A stretch of DNA of 64,000 nt from Anthoceros angustus (Eukaryota; Plantae; Anthocerotophyta): assembly GCA_010909165.1 (NCBI GenBank), contig VJWM01000003.1, positions 1 through 64,000 on the forward strand, read 5' to 3'. Shown here one piece after another: positions 58,341 through 64,000 of the stretch. How positions within the stretch are numbered: the first letter of the stretch is position 1; each line of letters opens with the position of its first letter. The notes under the pieces were generated by a model. The model saw nothing but the letters and a program-made list of their open reading frames with translations, was not told the origin of the DNA and made no database searches. Position numbers and translations under genes: made by a program.

Positions 58341-60307
58341 CCTTCTAGTGAGTGTTAGGATCTGCATGGAGGCCAGCGCGTGAACCACAATATCCTAACA
58401 AAAGTGTGGAAAAAGGTTGAAAGGGAGGTGTGGCAGTGATAATCAGCATGGAAGAGGTTAGACCTGGAGCCGTGGTGGACAGAGGGCGACTAAGAGAGGC
58501 TATATGGTGTAGTTGATTTTTTGAATGTATCATCTTTGGCTTGTTTGCCAGATAACGGTGTCCACTGATGGGGGCATTACTGAATACTATTATCTCGCAA
58601 ACAAGCCAGAGATGTTTATCATTAATTGTCACATGTAGGAAAGCAAGGGCTCAAACGATGAGGAAAGCCACAAGAGAGTTACGACCCCTGCCTTCTCGGA
58701 GCCATTGTCGCGTGGTTTTCTCGACCAGTCATGGAGACACTATCTTTCAGAGATGCCGAGAAAGGCACAAACTTTATCAAAGCTTTGTTGGAGTTCTCCA
58801 AACAGAAGTTGTGTTGAGCATTCTAACAATCGTGATTGGTAAGGTTACAGGGATGAAGGTCGGGCACCAAAGCGAAGGAGAGAAGCGCTATGAGAAATTC
58901 TGGTGTCCCGAGTTGTACAGCACTAAAGCTATCCTGGTGTGAACCATTCCATGCTCTTCACATGCCTGGCCGGTGTGGCCATTTTCCACCATAAGTAACC
59001 AACCTGTATGATGCCTTCAATCAACTGCCAGGTATCGTTTCCAGCAAGACACTATTGGTGCAGCAATCTGCTTTTGGTAGGGTCTTTGCATTTCTTCGTT
59101 TCTGTTCATTCCTGAAGTTTAGTCTTGCATGCATATTGGCAAGAGCAACGTCTCACAGCCTTCTTTGGTGGATGAACAGGTGTTAGCTCGTGGAGGGTAG
59201 GAAGGAAAGAACGTTTGAGTTGCAGGGCTGTAGGTGCTTGAGCTTTCGGTTTCAAGTCCAGATTTTCCGTCCTCTGTTTGAATGATTTCTAGATCTTTTG
59301 CACACTGTCTAGATGTATTGTGTTCCATCTTCCCGACCGGCCAAAGTTGGGAAAGGATGTAGTCACTGGAATGGCGGCTGAGGCCCCTTGCCTTCATGTC
59401 TCTATGACACTAGACAACGCGGAAAATCGCTCACAGCCATCTCCGATATCCAACTAACTGGAGATTCTGCTTTCTTTGAAGGTGAGGAAGGGAAGGTGTG
59501 TTTCTATCCTTTCTATCCAGGGTGATTTGGTTGTGGAGAGCGGCAGCGGAAAGCGTGGCTTTTGCGAAAAATAAACCGTGAGAGCAACAGCAGCACCAAC
59601 TTGCTCAATAGATTGCCGAACCCGACTGTGTAGAAACCATTAACCTGGTCAAACACCACCAGTTCAACAGTGATGAAGGCCACAAGGAACTACATTGAGT
59701 GCAGCAAATGCATAAAATTGTCAAGCTTGAAGGGGCTGCTACACAGACAAGAGCGTCTCCCTTGACACTTCAGCCTGTGCTGCTGAAGGATTTTCTCACC
59801 TGTTCGACACAACCATGGCCTCCTGTAGCCGTCCCACGAACCTGCAAGCGCGAAAGGTGCAGATTATCCGCAGATATTAACTTGACTATCGTCTGCAAAT
59901 GCAAAGAAACGAGAGGTGCTCACACAAGCCATCGCAAGGTTGACTACTTAGCTTCATCCAACCTCAACCGCAAACTCAGCATAAAATACAATGATCGAGC
60001 ACGGCAGCTCGAGGCTCAGCTCCGAGGACGACAACAGACGGAGCTCAATGCAGGGCTTCCTGCGGGAAGCCTGCAGCGGCGATCTCGCTCACATCTGACA
60101 TCTCACCGGCATGGGCTGGGGGCCGGTCACCGTAGGCGGGCGCGAGTCTGGCCTGGGTCAGTACAGTCGTAGACGACCAAGTTAGAGGCATGGTGAAGGT
60201 GTGTAAAATACTCTCTGCCCACATACACAATGACAGCGACTAATTTCAAGTCTTGTTACATCTTGAAAAGGAGAATGGTAATGGAAAGTATCCTAGTTTT
60301 CTTTAAC

Positions 60308-60619
60308 CGTCATTCAAGGCTTGGTAATAGTTTGCATGGACGATTTGTTAAGATATTGGATTGAAATAGATTTGAATAGAAATTGTAGATGTAGATTAGG
60401 ATATGAGTTATTGGCATTTGGAGTGTGAAATATTAGCCATTGGAATGTGTGGAGTATTTGTCTGTCGTTCAAGGCTTGGTAATAGTTTGCATGGACGATT
60501 TGTTAAGATATTGGATAGAAATAGATTTGAATAGAAATTGTAGATGTAGATTGGGATATGAGTTATTGGTATTTGGAGTGTGAAATATTAGCAATTGGAA
60601 TGTGTGGAGTATTTGTCTG
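60308..60619 (+). repeat. Near-identical 156-bp tandem duplication (AT-rich)
   Basis: cgt(c)attcaaggcttggtaatagtttgcatggacg...gtgtggagtatttgtctg occurs twice. Confidence 0.92.
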
Positions 60620-62949
60620 CCACTTGATGATTGTCGACAGTTTGTACCCCAATTGTTAATAGTTTATATCCAAATCTATGTCGATAGTTCACACCCACAT
60701 CTATCTCTAATCGATATCCTAACACTTTACCTCTGCAAACCATTGCCAAGCTTTTAGTAAAAGTTAGAGGGAAGCTGGGTATTTTCCATCCCATTCTGTT
60801 TTTCAAGATGTAACAAGGCTTAAAATTGGTCATTCGTCGTGTATATGAGCAGAGAATATCTTTTATATTTCTACTATGTCTCTAACTTGGTTGTCAATGG
60901 AATGCCAATTTGTCAAAGTCTTCAATCATTGAGTCAACTTAGCGTCACTCTTAAAAAATGCCCCCAACAATTAGGTCTACTTCCCTTATTGATACTTAAT
61001 TTTTAGCTTTTACTCGAAGAGCTTAAAAACTTCTCTCATGTTGTTCGCAATTCTTGCCGTCAGAAGGTCGAATTCGAAATCCCGAATTTCCTCTTCACAA
61101 TAGAATATAACTTGTCGCTTGGTTAGGTCACTTCATTCTCGGCCCATTCCACCATGTCAGACAAATTTATTGACAGCCTTGTTAGTTTTGCTTAACCTGT
61201 ATCCGATATCGAAAGGCACGGTATATGTCCATTGCAGGAGAAGGAAAGGCAGGAGGGGATTCAAGTGCTGGAAGGGGCCATAAAAGAGATCCAAATGGCG
61301 CAACTATTACCACAAGTGTGAAGGCAAAGTTGACAATGCCATATGAGTGTTACTTGTAGTTTGGTGGTTGGTAGCATGATGATTTTGTTCGCAACTTTAC
61401 ATTCTCAAATGCAACATGTTGTGTCAAGCGTGACACCTTCTTTTAGCTTGAACTGTGCAACAGTGTCAACAAAGGGTGCTCATTCTTCGCTTCAAGTTTC
61501 TCCCAATTTCGGTCTCGCCTTGTTCCCTTCCGGTGTTGGTCCCGCCTCGATTGTGCCCAGTTATGACTATTGTTTTCCTCCTAGTCTGGTACCTATTCCA
61601 TGTTCCACGTTCCCTTATCCCAGATATTATTCCCACCATAAGCTGACTAGCCAATCCTTGACTACCAAGCTAATGGCTTCCTTCGTCAGTCCTGGCCCCT
61701 TAGACACGTCTATTTTCAAATACAACCATACGTCCCATTCTTCCAAATCAAGGATTGTGCTATGTGAACGGGGGCAAGAACGAGCCAATAGGATGCTCCC
61801 TCACCTAAATTCAAACATATGCTGGTTATAGCCAAGGTCCGTGGGAATAAGAGATTGATAGATGTGATTGGGAATTGTGCGGAGGACCTTGCCCTCATCA
61901 AAATGTAGTGGATGGCCCTAAGGGGCACGACAGATGTATAAATTAGGTTGTTAAGGCAAAGCTATGCAGAAGGCCGTTAGTGGTCCATCTCTACTTCTCT
62001 AAGCATCTCTTATGTGTTGAGGCTAGCCCTTCCAAGCTATTCCCTCACATTATAATTCAAAGTCTCGTGCTAATCATCACTTTGTATGTGCATCAGTTAG
62101 TAAAGTCTTAATTTCTAGTTTGCTTGTGCAAGACATTGTGCACATTGAGTTGTCCCGTGAGTATGCAAGTCTCACTACTCGAGGTCAAGCAGTAGAGCAT
62201 CAAAACTCTGTCTTTCCTTATCCTACACAACAATATTGTAGACAGCATCGGCAACATTGTGCACCATTTGTATGTTCATATAAGTGTAGGTGTAGAAGGT
62301 ATAACAATACATCATTAGTCTCACGGAAGAACATGAGGCCTAACCCTTGCATTACATTGTGGTTCAAACTTCATATTTTAGATCATAATTCCTCATTCCT
62401 CTAACTTTCCTTTTTATTTTCATATCATACTATCGTACTAGATGTAGCGAGACGCCTAACGAGTTAATGTTTTTCAAGCAAACCATTATAAAAAAATTAA
62501 TCTATTTTAGTTTATTTTTTGGAAGTAACATATTATAGTTAGGTATCATTTGTTAATCTAGATATGCCTAGTTGCGTACACATAGGGTTTGGCCTATAAT
62601 TTAAGTATGTAGATTTTTGTACACAAATTTTATTTTTTCTATGTCCTCTAGTTACAAGATTGTGTTTACAACCAATGTGGAATTTATATCCATGGAAATG
62701 TTGATGATGTTGAATCTACCCAGAATTAAAGTCCTATAGTTTAACTGCAAAAGGAAAAGAAGACTTTATTATAGAAAAGAGATGGGAAAAACCCAACGAA
62801 GAGCACCATGGCAGGGGTACTAGCCCCCACGATCACACATTTCAAAACTATCAACCGCTCGAAGAACTTCGTGGTCAGGGATGTGAAAAGGCCTATTTAC
62901 CACCGGTGTCGAAGAAGTTGCATCTCCCACGCTTGCTGTCGTTCTGTAC

Positions 62950-64000
62950 ATTGCGTTGGCCAACGCCCTCAGCAGAGGGATGAAAACCCTATGCCGGAAA
63001 AAAGCAATAATACAAGAAAGGGGGAGGCCAACCCCATTCTTGCGGCTATGATAAGCCTAGAGAAATCCTTGCCCATGGCTCCGTGACTCTCAATGGCAGG
63101 ACGAAGGCATGGCCATCCTGCATAGGAGAGTACTTGTGGACCTTAGCTGTCGCGCATCCCTCTACCGCCCCGGGTCAAAAATAGATCATCCCTAAGAGAA
63201 ACCCGTTGAGCAGGGTGCAAGGGCGCTCCCTACATGGAAGGAACCCGCCTTCCCTAACAATAGAGAACATGACATCTCGGACGGCGTCATGCGTAGTGAT
63301 CCGCAGCCAACCTGTGGGACAGCGAGTTAAGTGCGTCCCAAAGTCATCGAGAGGGGCTCCATAGCTGCAAGTTGAAAGAGAGCAAGCCAAAAGATGGACC
63401 AAGCCTAGGCGAAAACGCATCGCGATGGAAAAAGTTGCTGGTGCGATGCGGAACGCCTAAATACTGGGTCGAGCCAAAAGCCAGGAACCTACCCCCTCCC
63501 CCGAGCAAGAGCGGAGATGAGCCTGAGTGGGCTTAGGAATGGAGGAATCCCGGAGGAGGGCCAACTACACCTGCCCGTATTGTTTCTTCAGGAGGGACGC
63601 CTAAAGCCCGCAGAGCCCAAACTCGGGAAGCGAGGAAAAAGACGGCATGACAACCCTCGCCTCGGATCCTGGTTAATCTTAGTGAGGCCTGCATGGGAAA
63701 AAGTCCCCTCCTCAACGCCCGCGACAAGAGCCTCCAGGATTTGTGAATGTCGAATTAAGAAACGGGAGGACAAGATGGGGGCAGAGAGAGCCCAGCTCCC
63801 TAAGAAAGCCGCTAGCGCCGAGGCCTCCGTAGCCAGCAAATCAATACCCCAAAAGCGACGGGAAGGAACACTTGCCACTTCGCAAGATTCCCGGCCGCAC
63901 ACTCGAAGATGCCTGGACCGATGATGTCGCCTAAAACTTGCATAAGCCGGTTGTCGAAATTCCTTAGGCTAGACAAGAAAACTGGGGAGGGGGCAACCGT
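62950..64000 (-). mobile_element. 3' part of a CRE-like non-LTR retrotransposon (post-RT region, zinc knuckle, restriction-like endonuclease); continues beyond the window
   Basis: Minus strand: LRNFDNRLMQVLGDIIG...QVFLP..GGIDL...AAFLGSWALSAP; GSWLLARP...FSIAMRFRLGL; (C)SYGAPLDDFGTHLTRCPTGWLRITTHDAVRDV; K.HKY...GHAF.PAIESHGAMGKDF. Confidence 0.8.

Noticed and set aside
60830-61930. Possible MULE transposase/SWIM remnant on the minus strand
   Set aside because: Only a weak Cys/His pattern near 61370-61430 with many stops; not enough to call.

Overview
Eukaryotic nuclear DNA, most likely from a non-seed land plant (inference from PLS-class PPR genes, a SABATH methyltransferase, TORNADO1-like LRR-ROC-COR genes, spliceosomal introns and telobox motifs). 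Nearly all reading frames carry frameshifts, from decay, uncorrected long-read indels or both, so most boundaries are approximate. Bases 1-32.6 kb are nested transposons. (i) Two Ty3/gypsy LTR elements have an unusual layout: C5 DNA-methyltransferase before RT, then RT-RNaseH-integrase, then a PHD finger. Element 2 also shows the protease; element 1 keeps only the C-terminal part of the methyltransferase. (ii) A 10.5-12 kb DNA transposon with perfect 36-bp terminal inverted repeats (TIRs) encodes a Sola-like DDD transposase and, divergently, a ParB-like domain plus a beta-class N6A/N4C DNA methyltransferase. (iii) A PIF/Harbinger element follows. Bases 32.6-60 kb are a rearranged cluster of TRN1-like ROCO genes and PPR pseudogenes, with one intact SABATH gene and a MITE. 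The window ends in a CRE-like non-LTR element with a restriction-like endonuclease. Main result: two unrelated transposon classes at this locus each carry their own DNA methyltransferase, one of the 5mC type and one of the 6mA/4mC type. No rRNA, tRNA or CRISPR array was recognised. All family assignments come from motif recognition by eye, not database searches.
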